From contig CALVYQ010000003.1 of NCBI GenBank assembly GCA_944372335.1, positions 1,410-65,409 on the forward strand: a DNA stretch of 64,000 nucleotides. The letters are read 5' to 3'. Origin of the DNA: an uncultured Clostridia bacterium (lineage in GTDB: Bacteria > Bacillota > Clostridia > Christensenellales > UBA1242). A program made the position numbers and the translations under genes. The notes beneath the pieces were generated by a model. That model did no database searches. It saw nothing but the letters and a program-made list of their open reading frames with translations, and was not told the DNA's origin. How positions within the stretch are numbered: the stretch's first letter is position 1; each line of letters begins with the position of its first letter. Below are positions 10,201 through 19,314 of this stretch, one piece after another.

Positions 10201-10890
10201 TCTCATCTAAACGATTCTTATAATTTAGAGCAAACAAAACTTGGAACACTTCAAGTCGAAAACGAGGATCTTGCAATTAAAGAACAATCATTAAGAGCCG
10301 CTGTTATTAATGACTCTATAATTGAGGCTCATAAAGAAGATAGAGAGTTTATGAGTAATAAGGATCGTATGGCAACAATAGGTATAAATACCCGCCTCAT
10401 CTCTTCCTTAGATGACGAAATTAGAGGACTAGAACAAATTAAAGCACAAAACGAAAAACTTAGTCTAGAAATTGATAAAAAAGTAGAAAGAGAATATGAT
10501 GCAAGAGTTAATAGACAGCAAGCAAAATTAGACCGTGCTGCCGACAATCAAACCGATTTAATGAAAGGAATTGACGATTATTTGGTTAATGTCTCCGATA
10601 AAACTAGAGAAGAACAAGCCTATATGCAAGCACAACAGGAGGAAGCAAAAAGGACAGCCGACCTGATACTTGAAGGCTATAACAAAATAAAAGAAAGCGG
10701 ACTTCAAGGCGAAGAGTTAAAAAAAGCACTTGATGAAGTATTCTTAAATATCAGCAACCTACAAAGAACCTCACCTCCTGAACAACAAGCTGGTTGGGAA
10801 GCATTGAAAGAACAGGGAGAAAAGGAATTTGGAATCAAGACAAAAGATGAAAAAGGTATTGGTAAAGTAGCATCTCCTATTAAAGCATAA
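7276..10890 (+). CDS. hypothetical 1204-aa protein: N-terminal region, Pro/Glu-rich linker, hydrophobic hairpin, long C-terminal coiled coil
   Basis: GGAGG RBS 6 nt before ATG 7276. Contains PEPEVEEPEPEVEEPTPTPE and PPQPQPQP low-complexity tracts, a hydrophobic stretch WLGIAAILLAFSVFMPFLAIFSTACFATSAIVY, then about 520 aa of K/E/R/Q heptad-like sequence. Confidence 0.75.
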   Translation: MPEDVKNPENTSGANNTPEEAVKAETDASINNEAANKIIENMIRRTRTNTAEQEQPTNENADTLNQGKTEIEKPTNDAVAEENSREEAETPEAQENKNYSNLDLQRGKSEISSVQDNSGFYTTQYVALKNSNTNLEAQALTVAKYTANNHDEKQPLITIKKGKEVVASFYNVRGEGEQIFMDISDPTLKERFSESKLSSNEVAITGLELDKKLDIRVKGVGDDLGVLFSAFGFQMQTPENNQILKNENSPYDVEVSEGFLDKALKNQFTNNKDSGCLLGENMSLSAPTLQGMLRASTFNENMDFTKAEKDFADGKVKITSINYDTTIQDKTVKRPIQFIEADGKVSAYLSIVDGKTKREKNGRFYEISKVRVTKDNRVILDITDDSLISVDGNPPHTRTIELPHNNDNALVGYIKNNILAKDEYASIVDRSEEPLETDATLSDRELGYGEKESRIGEKGQIYDSGGFVRKDVPEDFRNAKEAEASQEDKNIEFIRQEETKLADVASPPPTKNNEENVQEAEGERVNYNFSNLTANPEQEVVNETPNDGEIPPTPEPQDEADNDTDDSDAPNDDAERDREPEVEEPEPEVEEPTPTPEREGRDGEESPEPRPPFEENEVEEPLPPQPQPQPKKKGGGDLAFHKNQDIDENKSNELAAKIGSAWLGIAAILLAFSVFMPFLAIFSTACFATSAIVYTKPWEFVQLAKSKAIDRANAKAAKQRLKEMEKERKAEKKLAKDRAKRAERTERGEARRADIAERRSKNQRNIERLSEENAGIDARIAMLERYKGELQTQNGLLLTHGRQEGDFVNFNLNEADMTEEEKEQYIALLEGINLEEMQRREDFKIPPAERAERHREALYETVEGLQKNNQEQEETKAKINELTEQLSNEGNNIIELGRSPLVRDYVSLTKDMENIEREILSLRMQKDLAESEEEKEIIQAQITSKSSESDKKTKELNELRKSEQVVKYLERADKVSHLNDSYNLEQTKLGTLQVENEDLAIKEQSLRAAVINDSIIEAHKEDREFMSNKDRMATIGINTRLISSLDDEIRGLEQIKAQNEKLSLEIDKKVEREYDARVNRQQAKLDRAADNQTDLMKGIDDYLVNVSDKTREEQAYMQAQQEEAKRTADLILEGYNKIKESGLQGEELKKALDEVFLNISNLQRTSPPEQQAGWEALKEQGEKEFGIKTKDEKGIGKVASPIKA

Positions 10891-10917
10891 AAAAGAGGAA
10901 TTTTCCTCTTTTTTTTA
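10891..10917 (+). terminator. rho-independent terminator
   Basis: aagagg-aatttt-cctctt followed by a T-run. Confidence 0.75.
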
Positions 10918-11225
10918 TAAAATTGTAGAGGGTATATAAGGTACATAAACTGATATATTTATTATAAGAAGATTTAATAATGTTACTATTATATATAATG
11001 TTAACGCCATATAAAAGAAAATTTAACATATATAAAATAAATTTTTAAATATGTTAAAGATAGATTTATTATTATAAACTTATTTTAATCTCTTAAAAAA
11101 TTTATTTGATGATACTAGAAAAAATATCAAAAATTTGATGACACTAGATTAAAAAATATTTTATTGCAATAATGCCTTACAAAAATCTTATATATACACA
11201 AAAATTATTTAATTTTGTTTAAGAC

Positions 11226-11254
11226 TTGCTATTTGCTGTGAAAATTGATATAAT
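11226..11254 (+). promoter_or_regulatory. sigma-A type promoter of ychF (extended -10)
   Basis: TTGCTA-17 nt-TATAAT with TGa immediately upstream of the -10. Confidence 0.55.
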
Positions 11255-11288
11255 TAAAAGCGAAAATTAAACTTATGGAGAAAAAATT

Positions 11289-12383
11289 ATGAAAATGGGC
11301 GTTGTGGGACTTCCTAATGTAGGGAAAAGCTCCTTATTTAATGCAATAACAAGTGCTGGTGCTGAGAGTGCCAACTATCCTTTCTGCACAATTGAACCAA
11401 ATATCGGCGTGGTTGATGTGCCAGATGAAAGACTAGAAGTACTCGGCAAGATGTATAACACCGAAAAAATCACACCTGCAAGCATTGAGTTTGTCGATAT
11501 CGCAGGGCTTGTTGCTGGTGCTAGCCACGGTGAAGGACTTGGCAACAAGTTTTTAAGCCATATTCGTGAGGTTGACGCAATTGTTCACGTTGTTAGATGT
11601 TTTGAGAATGACAAAATTATCCACGTCAGCGGAAGTATCGACCCAAAGCGTGATATTGAGACGATTGAAACAGAACTCGCCCTTTCCGACCTAGAACAAG
11701 TGGATAAATTTTTGGAAAAAAATTCTAAACTTGTCAAAACAACCGGCGATAAAAGCTTGCTGACAACCGTTAATATGCTTGCCAGAATTAAAGAGTGCTT
11801 GGAAAAAGGGGGACAGGCAAGAACATTGACTTATAGCGAGGAAGAAGAGAAACTTTTAAAAAATTTTGCCCTTCTCACAAACAAGCCGGTCATCTATGTG
11901 GCAAATATCGGTGAAGATGACTTACAACGTGAAACGAATAAGTATGTTGAAGCAGTCAAAGAAATCGCCGAAAAAGAAAAGGAAAAAGTGATTGTACTTT
12001 GCACAAAAATTGAAGAAGAACTCGCCTCTCTTGATAAGGAAGAAAGAGATATGTTCAAAGAGGAACTAGGCATAAAATCAAGCGGACTTGAAAAACTTGT
12101 GAAAGCAAGTTATGACCTTTTAGGGCTCATGAGTTATCTCACTGCCGGAGAAAAGGAAGTGCGTGCGTGGACAATTAAAAAAGGCACAAAAGCCCCAGAG
12201 GCCGCAGGAAAAATCCACAGTGATTTTGAAAAAGGCTTTATTAAGGCAGAAATTGTCTCCTATGATGACCTTGTGGAAGCAGGTTCATTTTTGAAAGCAA
12301 AAGAGAAGGGCAAAGTTCGTATGGAAGGCAAGGAATATATTATGCAGGATGGCGATGTCGTGCTTTTCAGATTCAATAACTGA
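11289..12383 (+). CDS. ychF: ribosome-binding ATPase YchF
   Basis: G1 motif [13 protein letters not shown], and a C-terminal YchF/TGS region [27 protein letters not shown]. Confidence 0.95.
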   Translation: MKMGVVGLPNVGKSSLFNAITSAGAESANYPFCTIEPNIGVVDVPDERLEVLGKMYNTEKITPASIEFVDIAGLVAGASHGEGLGNKFLSHIREVDAIVHVVRCFENDKIIHVSGSIDPKRDIETIETELALSDLEQVDKFLEKNSKLVKTTGDKSLLTTVNMLARIKECLEKGGQARTLTYSEEEEKLLKNFALLTNKPVIYVANIGEDDLQRETNKYVEAVKEIAEKEKEKVIVLCTKIEEELASLDKEERDMFKEELGIKSSGLEKLVKASYDLLGLMSYLTAGEKEVRAWTIKKGTKAPEAAGKIHSDFEKGFIKAEIVSYDDLVEAGSFLKAKEKGKVRMEGKEYIMQDGDVVLFRFNN

Positions 12384-12619
12384 CAAAATTTTTAGAGTGA
12401 AAAGTTAATAAAAATTTTGAAAATGAAAAATTATCTCTTAGAATTTAATTCCACTTTAAATACTAAAGAAAAAATAAATATACCAAAAAATAACTAAAAT
12501 TATATAAAAAAAATCGCAAAAAAAGTAATTTTTTAATTATTATTTATGATTTTTTGATTTTATTTATTTTCATTTAATTATAATTATATTAAAATAATTG
12601 TAAAAAATAAAGGAAAAAT

Positions 12620-12994
12620 ATGGAAAAAATTGATACATTATCCCCTCTTGCTCTTGCCTTTATCGGCGATGCAGTGCATACAAAATTTGTTAGAGTTTAT
12701 GTGCTTTTAAACAGTGAAAATTCTAAAATAAATAACTATCACAATTTGGCGAAAAGATATTGCAATGCCTCCTGCCAAAAGGAAGCCTTAGAAAAAATTA
12801 CTCCGCTTTTAACTGAGGAAGAAAAAGATATTGTAAGAAGAGCAAGAAACGCAAAATCGAAGCACAAGGCGAAAAACTATGATGAAGAAGAATACAAAAA
12901 AGCCACCGCCTTTGAAGCACTAATTGGCTATCTATATTTAAGCAGACAAAAGGAAAGACTTGACGAAATTTTAAATTTTTCGGTGGAAGAATAA
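12620..12994 (+). CDS. mrnC: mini-ribonuclease III
   Basis: 124 aa with LSPLALAFIGDAV and FEALIGYLYL RNase III-like signatures. It lies upstream of rlmB, as in Bacillus. Confidence 0.85.
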   Translation: MEKIDTLSPLALAFIGDAVHTKFVRVYVLLNSENSKINNYHNLAKRYCNASCQKEALEKITPLLTEEEKDIVRRARNAKSKHKAKNYDEEEYKKATAFEALIGYLYLSRQKERLDEILNFSVEE

Positions 12995-13116
12995 TTGTAA
13001 CAATTTTTTTATTACTAATAAAATTGTTTTTTCTAAAAAATTTATATCGCAAATTTGCTGAAAAAAAATAAAAAATACGCCAAAAAATGCAAAAAAAATC
13101 AAAAAAAGGAGAAAAA

Positions 13117-13842
13117 ATGTTAATTGAAGGAAGAAATCAAGTTGTTGAAGCGATTAAAAATGGCAAAACGATAAACAAACTATATGTTGATTTGAACTAT
13201 GCTCATCGCAAGGATGAGGTGATTTCGCTTGCAAAACAGTTTAAAATCAAAGTGGAGTTTATGCCTAAAAAGGCACTTGATGGCATATCAAAAACTTCAC
13301 ATCATCAAGGGTATATTGCTGAAACTGTTGATTTTGAATATTGTGAAATTAGTGATATTCTAGACAAAGCAAAGGCAAAAAATGAAGATGCTTTTGTGGT
13401 GCTACTTGACGGCATTGAGGATCCACACAATCTTGGCGCAATCATACGCTCCTGTGAATGTGCAGGCGTGCATGGAATAATTCTTCCTAAGATGCGTTCT
13501 TGTCAAGTAAATGAAACTGTGGTTCGCACAAGTGCTGGAGCAATATCAAATATGCTTATTGCAAGAGTGACAAATTTAAAAGATGCTATAGAAGAATTGA
13601 AAGAAAATGGGCTTTGGATATATGGTGCGGAAATTGGCGGAGATGATATCTACTCTACAAATTTAACCGGCCCTATCGGCATCGTCATAGGCTCGGAAGG
13701 CAAAGGCACAAGAGAAAGCGTGAAAGCTCACTGCGATAAAATCATCTCTCTTCCGCTCTTTGGTTCGGTAAACTCATTAAACGCAAGCGTGAGTGCTGGC
13801 ATTGTTGTATATGAGGTTGTCAGACAAAGATTAAAAAAATAA
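13117..13842 (+). CDS. rlmB: 23S rRNA 2'-O-methyltransferase, SpoU/TrmH family (RlmB-like)
   Basis: Motifs DGIEDPHNLGAIIRS, VIGSEGKG and IPLFGSVNSLNASVSAGI. Start moved to ATG 13117, which is preceded by a GGAG RBS. Confidence 0.85.
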   Translation: MLIEGRNQVVEAIKNGKTINKLYVDLNYAHRKDEVISLAKQFKIKVEFMPKKALDGISKTSHHQGYIAETVDFEYCEISDILDKAKAKNEDAFVVLLDGIEDPHNLGAIIRSCECAGVHGIILPKMRSCQVNETVVRTSAGAISNMLIARVTNLKDAIEELKENGLWIYGAEIGGDDIYSTNLTGPIGIVIGSEGKGTRESVKAHCDKIISLPLFGSVNSLNASVSAGIVVYEVVRQRLKK

Positions 13843-13873
13843 ATTTTAAATAGGATTTAGAAAAAATAAAAAA

Positions 13874-14620
13874 TTGAAAAATAATAAAATTTTAACAAAA
13901 AATAAAGAAAAATCTTCAAAAAATAGGAATTTTTTAAATAAAATTTCTATTTTTATCAATAAATATATTTTTCCTGATAATTTTAAATGCATATTTTGCG
14001 GAAACGATATAGCAAATTTCTACGAAACTCCTTATTGCAAAAATTGCGAAAAAACACTCCCTTTTATCTCTGAAAATAGATGTTTAATCTGCTCAAACGA
14101 AATTAATAATGAAGCTACAATCTGTGATTTTTGCCAAAGAGATTTTCCTCACTTCAAAAAACTTTACACCCCTTTTCGCTATGAAGGTATTGTCAAAAAG
14201 AGCATATTGTCTTATAAATATGATAATAAAAGATACTTAGCAAAGGGCTATGCTATAATTTTATCTAAACTTCTATTTGAACTTGATATCGACCTTATTA
14301 CATACATTCCTAACTATAATAAAGGAAAGTTTAATCACTCTAAACTTCTTGCTGAAGAACTTTCAAATTTACTAAAAATTCCGTGCATTGAACTTTTTGA
14401 AAAAGTAAGGGATATAAAAGAGCAAAAGACACTAAACTTTCAGGAGAGAAGAGAAAATATTAAAGATGCTTTTTGTTTAACTAAGAACATCAAAAACAAA
14501 AAGATACTTCTAGTTGACGATATTGCCACCACCTGTTCCACGCTTGACGCCTGTGCTGAAAAATTAAAAGATTGTATAGTCTATGCAGTAACCATAGCAC
14601 GAAACATGATTAAAGCTTAA
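13874..14620 (+). CDS. comFC: ComF family protein (ComFC-like phosphoribosyltransferase)
   Basis: N-terminal Cys pairs (CIFCGN..CKNC, CLIC..CDFC) and PRTase motif LLVDDIATTCSTL. The start is TTG and uncertain. Confidence 0.8.
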   Translation: MKNNKILTKNKEKSSKNRNFLNKISIFINKYIFPDNFKCIFCGNDIANFYETPYCKNCEKTLPFISENRCLICSNEINNEATICDFCQRDFPHFKKLYTPFRYEGIVKKSILSYKYDNKRYLAKGYAIILSKLLFELDIDLITYIPNYNKGKFNHSKLLAEELSNLLKIPCIELFEKVRDIKEQKTLNFQERRENIKDAFCLTKNIKNKKILLVDDIATTCSTLDACAEKLKDCIVYAVTIARNMIKA

Positions 14621-14709
14621 ATGGCTATAGATGAGTTTCAATTATTGCAATGTAGAAAATCATTTTGCATAAAAAATTAATAGTAAAAAAAGAAAAATTG
14701 GAAAAATGC

Positions 14710-14738
14710 TTGACAATAAAAGGTAAATATATTATAAT
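14710..14738 (+). promoter_or_regulatory. consensus sigma-A promoter of tRNA-Glu
   Basis: TTGACA-17 nt-TATAAT, 29 nt upstream of the tRNA 5' end. Confidence 0.75.
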
Positions 14739-14767
14739 GCCATTTGTTAAGTGCATATTCTATATTT

Positions 14768-14842
14768 GGTCTCGTGGTCAAGTGGTTAAGACACCGCCCT
14801 TTCACGGCGGTATCAGGGGTTCGAGTCCCCTCGAGATCACCA
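14768..14842 (+). tRNA. tRNA-Glu (anticodon UUC)
   Basis: Cloverleaf: acceptor GGTCTCG/CGAGATC, anticodon arm ccgcc-CTTTCAC-ggcgg, T-loop GGTTCGAGTCC, encoded CCA. Confidence 0.93.
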
Positions 14843-15031
14843 GAAAAAACTTCGCTTTTTATTCATTTTGAAGACAAGTTTCAAAATTTCATTTGATGCT
14901 TGTTTTTTCTTTTCTCTTTAAGATGAGAAAATTTAAGTTTTTATCCTCTTATTTAATACATTTTATTTAAAAATGGACTTTATAATAGAAAAAACGCAAT
15001 TTTTTTGCAAAAATTTAACTTTTTTAAAAAA

Positions 15032-15061
15032 TTGACAATTAACCACCGCTCTTGTTATAAT
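15032..15061 (+). promoter_or_regulatory. sigma-A type promoter
   Basis: TTGACA-18 nt-TATAAT. Confidence 0.65.
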
Positions 15062-15099
15062 CCGCTTAGAAGTTGAAATTTTAGCAATTGGAGGAGCAG

Positions 15100-15525
15100 A
15101 TGAAAAAGATAAATTATGATAATTGTGCCACAGAATTATATAATTACCTACAAAACAAACAAAGAGCAAACCCTAAAGCACATTATGATGCTTTAGTGTA
15201 TTATGCAAGATTGTATGCCGATATGTATAAAGAAGATATGGAAAAATTTATCAAGGAAAATAACATAACAGACGAAAATCTTGGATTGGCACGATTTTAC
15301 TATAAAGATAAAGAAAAATATGAAGGCGAACAGTTTGACGAAAGATTTAATGCTGCTATTGATAAAAAATTGGAATCATTGAAAACTTTGGAAGATTTGA
15401 AGGTTGCAATGAAGTATATTGTAATTGATGAAGACGATATTAAGCGTTTAAATATTGAAGGACTAAAAACAAAAGAGGTTCTTAGTTCTGATAACAAGCC
15501 CAAATCTAAGAAAAACAAAAGATGA
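15100..15525 (+). CDS. hypothetical protein (141 aa)
   Basis: GGAGGAG RBS before ATG 15100; the ORF-track start at 15088 is TTG. Lys-rich C-terminal tail. Confidence 0.6.
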   Translation: MKKINYDNCATELYNYLQNKQRANPKAHYDALVYYARLYADMYKEDMEKFIKENNITDENLGLARFYYKDKEKYEGEQFDERFNAAIDKKLESLKTLEDLKVAMKYIVIDEDDIKRLNIEGLKTKEVLSSDNKPKSKKNKR

Positions 15526-15601
15526 GTTAGGAAAAAATTTAAATTGGTTAAAAATAAACTAAGTGAAAATATGATAAATTTGTCTATTTCCACCTCACCA
15601 T

Positions 15602-16078
15602 TTATCTCTCCAAAAAGTTTGTATTTTCATTTAAAATAACCTTGTATTTTTGAGGCTTGGCGTTTTTGTTCCAAGTGATAACAAAATTTATCTCCTTACT
15701 TTTTTCATTGAAAGTTGGATATATGTAAAAATAGTTTTGCTCCTGCCCGTCTATTTTTTCTAAAAATTCGCTATAAGTTGTGCCGTTGATTTCTAGCACA
15801 GCATCTTCTAAATTTTTAACTTCATTTGGAGCTATCACTTTCAACCCGACACGATAGCCCTCTTCTAAGTCTCTCATTTCATCAGCACTATAATACTGCA
15901 GAAACTCACCCTCTCCGCCAAAATATACCTTCCTTTCATTCATATCATAAACAAAACTCAGATTTCCGCCCGTGTTTGCCTCATCTCGCACGATATTAGC
16001 AGACGGATAACTTTTTGTGCCACACCCCGCCTGAAAAACTATCAACAACACTAAAAAAACTAAAAATACTCTTTTCAT
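15602..16078 (-). CDS. putative lipoprotein
   Basis: Signal peptide MKRVFLVFLVLLIVFQAGC, with a lipobox-like AGC. Start chosen at the internal ATG 16078. Confidence 0.6.
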   Translation of the reverse strand: MKRVFLVFLVLLIVFQAGCGTKSYPSANIVRDEANTGGNLSFVYDMNERKVYFGGEGEFLQYYSADEMRDLEEGYRVGLKVIAPNEVKNLEDAVLEINGTTYSEFLEKIDGQEQNYFYIYPTFNEKSKEINFVITWNKNAKPQKYKVILNENTNFLER

Positions 16079-16141
16079 AATATTAGTTTGTCTTTGTTTT
16101 AATTTATTATTAAAAAATTTATACATTTTTTAAATTCAATA

Positions 16142-16170
16142 TTGACATCTACTTATTATAGTGATAGAAT
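16142..16170 (+). promoter_or_regulatory. sigma-A type promoter
   Basis: TTGACA-17 nt-TAGAAT. Confidence 0.6.
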
Positions 16171-16188
16171 TAAATTAGAGGTTAGAAT

Positions 16189-16848
16189 ATGATTCACACT
16201 AAAAAACAACAAACTATAGTAAGCAAAGATATGATTTTTCGTGCGGTAAAGGCAGGAAATCTCAGCTTTCTGGACTTTATTCGCAAAGATAAGTCCGATT
16301 TAAAGGTGGTCGATGAAGATGGAAACAATATTCTTCACATTGCCACAATGTATGGACAAATTCCAGCAATCAAAAAAGCAATTGACGAATACGGAATCGA
16401 TATAAACAGCAAAAATTTTTATGGCTTAGACGCCTTAAAAATCGCCATCGTCTATGACCAAAAAGAGGCATTTAAATTCCTTTTAAATAAAGGGATAAAT
16501 CCGTTTTTAAAAGATGGCTACGGCAACACAAATATTCATGTTGCTTCACACTTTAATGGAGCAACTCCAAATGAGGATAAAACCTTTTTGGAACTTCTTT
16601 TTGAATACAGCAAAAATTATGCTAAACTTGTGAACAGCAGAAATGTCTTTGGAAACACACCTATGCACAGCGTTTTTAATTCAGACGAACTTTCTTCAGG
16701 AGAAAGAGTGACAAATGCACTAACTCTGATTGAAAATGGTGCAAGCATTCTTCCAAATAACAAAGGTGAAACTCCTATTGACCTTTGCCGTGACCCGTCC
16801 TTCATCGAATTTTTAAAGGTATATAAAGCTCCTGTAAAAGTCCATTAA
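16189..16848 (+). CDS. ankyrin-repeat protein
   Basis: Successive ANK-type repeats (DEDGNNILHIATMYGQ..AIKKAI, NFYGLDALKIAIVYDQKEAFKFLLNKGINP, DGYGNTNIHVA, FGNTPMH, GETPIDL). No signal peptide. Confidence 0.8.
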   Translation: MIHTKKQQTIVSKDMIFRAVKAGNLSFLDFIRKDKSDLKVVDEDGNNILHIATMYGQIPAIKKAIDEYGIDINSKNFYGLDALKIAIVYDQKEAFKFLLNKGINPFLKDGYGNTNIHVASHFNGATPNEDKTFLELLFEYSKNYAKLVNSRNVFGNTPMHSVFNSDELSSGERVTNALTLIENGASILPNNKGETPIDLCRDPSFIEFLKVYKAPVKVH

Positions 16849-16916
16849 TTTGGATTTTTTTCTTTATACAACAATTAAAACTTGAAAAAGCTATAGATTT
16901 ATGATAAAATCTTTCT

Positions 16917-17510
16917 ATGTTGAATGATGAAGAACTTGCTCTCCAAGCAAAACTTGGTGACGAAAAAGCAGAAAATATATTGCTTGAGCAATACAAATCA
17001 CTTGTGGTGAAAATAGCCAGAAGCTACTTTATTCTCGGCGGAGAAATGGAAGATATTGTGCAAGAGGGAATGATTGGACTATATAAGGCTATAAAAGGCT
17101 ATGATAACAAAAAAAATGCCAGCTTTAAGACTTTTGCCACAATGTGCATAAAACATCAGATCCAATCGGCGATTAAAACGGCAAACGCCAAGAAAAACGC
17201 CCCGCTTTCAAATTCCGTATCCCTTCAAAGTTTCTCTGAAAATTCTGACGATGAAGATTTTTTACCAGTAAACTTAATCTTTCAGATTTCGCCTGATGAA
17301 AAGATTATAAATAGAGAAGAGTATAAAACTTTACTAGAAAATATCAAAAAGATGCTCTCGGATAAGGAAATGCAAGTTTTGAAACTATATTTAAAAGGAT
17401 ATACATATAAGGAAATCTCAAATATCTTGAAAATTTCTGAAAAAAGCATTGATAACAGTTTAAGCAGAATTAAAACTAAATTAAAAGAAAATATTAAATT
17501 TCGTTCATAA
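16917..17510 (+). CDS. sigH: RNA polymerase sigma factor, SigH-like
   Basis: Region 2 DIVQEGMIGLYKAIKGYD..SFKTFATMCIKHQIQSAIKTA and region 4 HTH YKEISNILKISEKSIDNSLSRIK. The pattern resembles Bacillota sigma-H. Confidence 0.8.
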   Translation: MLNDEELALQAKLGDEKAENILLEQYKSLVVKIARSYFILGGEMEDIVQEGMIGLYKAIKGYDNKKNASFKTFATMCIKHQIQSAIKTANAKKNAPLSNSVSLQSFSENSDDEDFLPVNLIFQISPDEKIINREEYKTLLENIKKMLSDKEMQVLKLYLKGYTYKEISNILKISEKSIDNSLSRIKTKLKENIKFRS

Positions 17511-17571
17511 CATCATTTCACTTGACTTTTAAAAATATACACATATAAAATAAGAATTATTGGGAGAAAAT

Positions 17572-19266
17572 ATGAGTCTAAAAGATATTGATATCGACAA
17601 AATCGTGCCAGAAAACGAACTTGAAGAAGAAATTATTGCAGACATCAAGGCTGGCAGAACAAAAGAAGTAATCACTCGCTGTCCTCCTGAACCAAGTGGT
17701 TATTGGTATATCGGACACGTTAAAGCGTGGACTATAAACTTTGAAACCGCACAAAAATTTGGCGGGAAGACCTTTTTAAGAATGGACGATTCCAATCCGA
17801 CAAAGGAAGATGGGGAATATGCCGACAGTTATATGGCTGACCTTGAATGGTTAGGCTTTAAGCCAGAAAAACTTGTCTATGCCAGCGAAGCATATTTTGA
17901 CGACATCTATTTGATTGCTGAAAAGATGATTAAAAATGGCGATGCCTATGTCTGCGATTTATCTGCTGAAGAAGTCTCTAAGACTCGTGGTACGTTGACA
18001 GAGCCAGGAACAGAAAGTCCTTATAGAAATAGGACGCCGGAAGAAAATTTAAGATTGTTTAGAGATATGCGTGCAGGAAAATTTCCAGACGGCTCAAGAA
18101 CGCTTAGGGCAAAAATTGATATGTCACACCCTAATATAAATATGCGTGACCCTGTTATGTATAAAATCGCAAGGCAACATCACTACCGTGTTGGTGACAA
18201 GTGGTGCATCTGGCCACAATATGACTTTGTGCACCCTATGGAGGACTGTCTTGAAGGAACAACCTACAGCCTTTGCGATAAGGGCTTTCAAGACCATAGG
18301 CTTGTCTATGAGTGGTTCGTAGAGCACGGCTGGGGCAAAAAATATGCACCAAAACAAAGAGAGTTTAGCCGTCTTGTCATTGAAAATATTTTATCCGGCA
18401 AAAGATATTTAAAACAACTTGTAAACAACGGAGTTGTCAGCGGTTGGGACGACCCTAGATTTCCAACTCTTGTTGGTATTAGAAGAAGAGGCTACACCGC
18501 AAAGGCTGTGAAAGATTTTGTGAAATCTGTCGGCTGGGGAAGCACGATTGAAGTTACAGTACCACTCTCCGCTCTTGAACACTATGTGCGTGAGGATTTA
18601 AATAAGATTGCCACCCGTGCAATGGTGGTGCTTGACCCACTAAAAGTTGTCATCACAAACTATGATAAGGACTTTGAAGAGATTGAAATTGAAAATAATC
18701 CTAACGATGAAACTGCTGGAAACCATAAGGCACTATTTAGCAAAGAAATTTACATTGAAAAGGAAGATTTTAGTTTAAATCCACCACCTAAATATAACCG
18801 ACTTGTGGAAGGTGGAATTGTCAGACTTAAAGGAGCGTATATCATCAAGTGCAATAAGGTCATCTTTAAGGAAAATGGCGAAATTGACCACCTTGAATGC
18901 GAGTATATTCCTGGCACAAAGAGCGGACAGGACAATTCTGGCATAAAGTGCAAAGGTACAATTCACTTTGTTTCACTTAAAAACTGCTTTAAAGTGACAA
19001 TCCGTGAATTTAAAAACCTAATCAAAAGCGAGTATAAAAGTCCTGCAAAGGCACTTGCTGACGGCGTGGAGATTAGCGAGCTTTTAGAGCCTAATTCAAT
19101 GCAAGAAAAAACTGCCTATGCAGAAAATTTCTTAAAATCGGCAAAAGTGGAAGATAAATTTCAGTTTATGCGTAAGGGTTACTACTGCTTAGATAAGGAT
19201 AGCACACAAGATAACTATATTTTCAACTCCACAATCTCACTTAAAGACTCATTTAAGGTGAAATAA
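17572..19266 (+). CDS. glnS: glutamine--tRNA ligase
   Basis: Collinear with E. coli GlnRS: PPEPSGYWYIGHVKA, LRMDDSNPTKED, VMYKI..GDKWCIWPQYDFVHP..LEGTTYSLC, GWDDPRFPTLVGIRRRGYTA. RBS GGGAGA before ATG 17572. Confidence 0.9.
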   Translation: MSLKDIDIDKIVPENELEEEIIADIKAGRTKEVITRCPPEPSGYWYIGHVKAWTINFETAQKFGGKTFLRMDDSNPTKEDGEYADSYMADLEWLGFKPEKLVYASEAYFDDIYLIAEKMIKNGDAYVCDLSAEEVSKTRGTLTEPGTESPYRNRTPEENLRLFRDMRAGKFPDGSRTLRAKIDMSHPNINMRDPVMYKIARQHHYRVGDKWCIWPQYDFVHPMEDCLEGTTYSLCDKGFQDHRLVYEWFVEHGWGKKYAPKQREFSRLVIENILSGKRYLKQLVNNGVVSGWDDPRFPTLVGIRRRGYTAKAVKDFVKSVGWGSTIEVTVPLSALEHYVREDLNKIATRAMVVLDPLKVVITNYDKDFEEIEIENNPNDETAGNHKALFSKEIYIEKEDFSLNPPPKYNRLVEGGIVRLKGAYIIKCNKVIFKENGEIDHLECEYIPGTKSGQDNSGIKCKGTIHFVSLKNCFKVTIREFKNLIKSEYKSPAKALADGVEISELLEPNSMQEKTAYAENFLKSAKVEDKFQFMRKGYYCLDKDSTQDNYIFNSTISLKDSFKVK

Positions 19267-19314
19267 GACAAGTTACAAAATTTAATATTATATAATACAA
19301 TATGGAGAGACAAT

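Noticed and set aside
12384-12619. Structured ncRNA or riboswitch in the 236-bp gap before mrnC (and in the gaps at 44598-44729 and 51232-51426).
   Set aside because: The sequences are nearly pure A/T with no G-C-supported helices. They are more consistent with promoter or spacer DNA.
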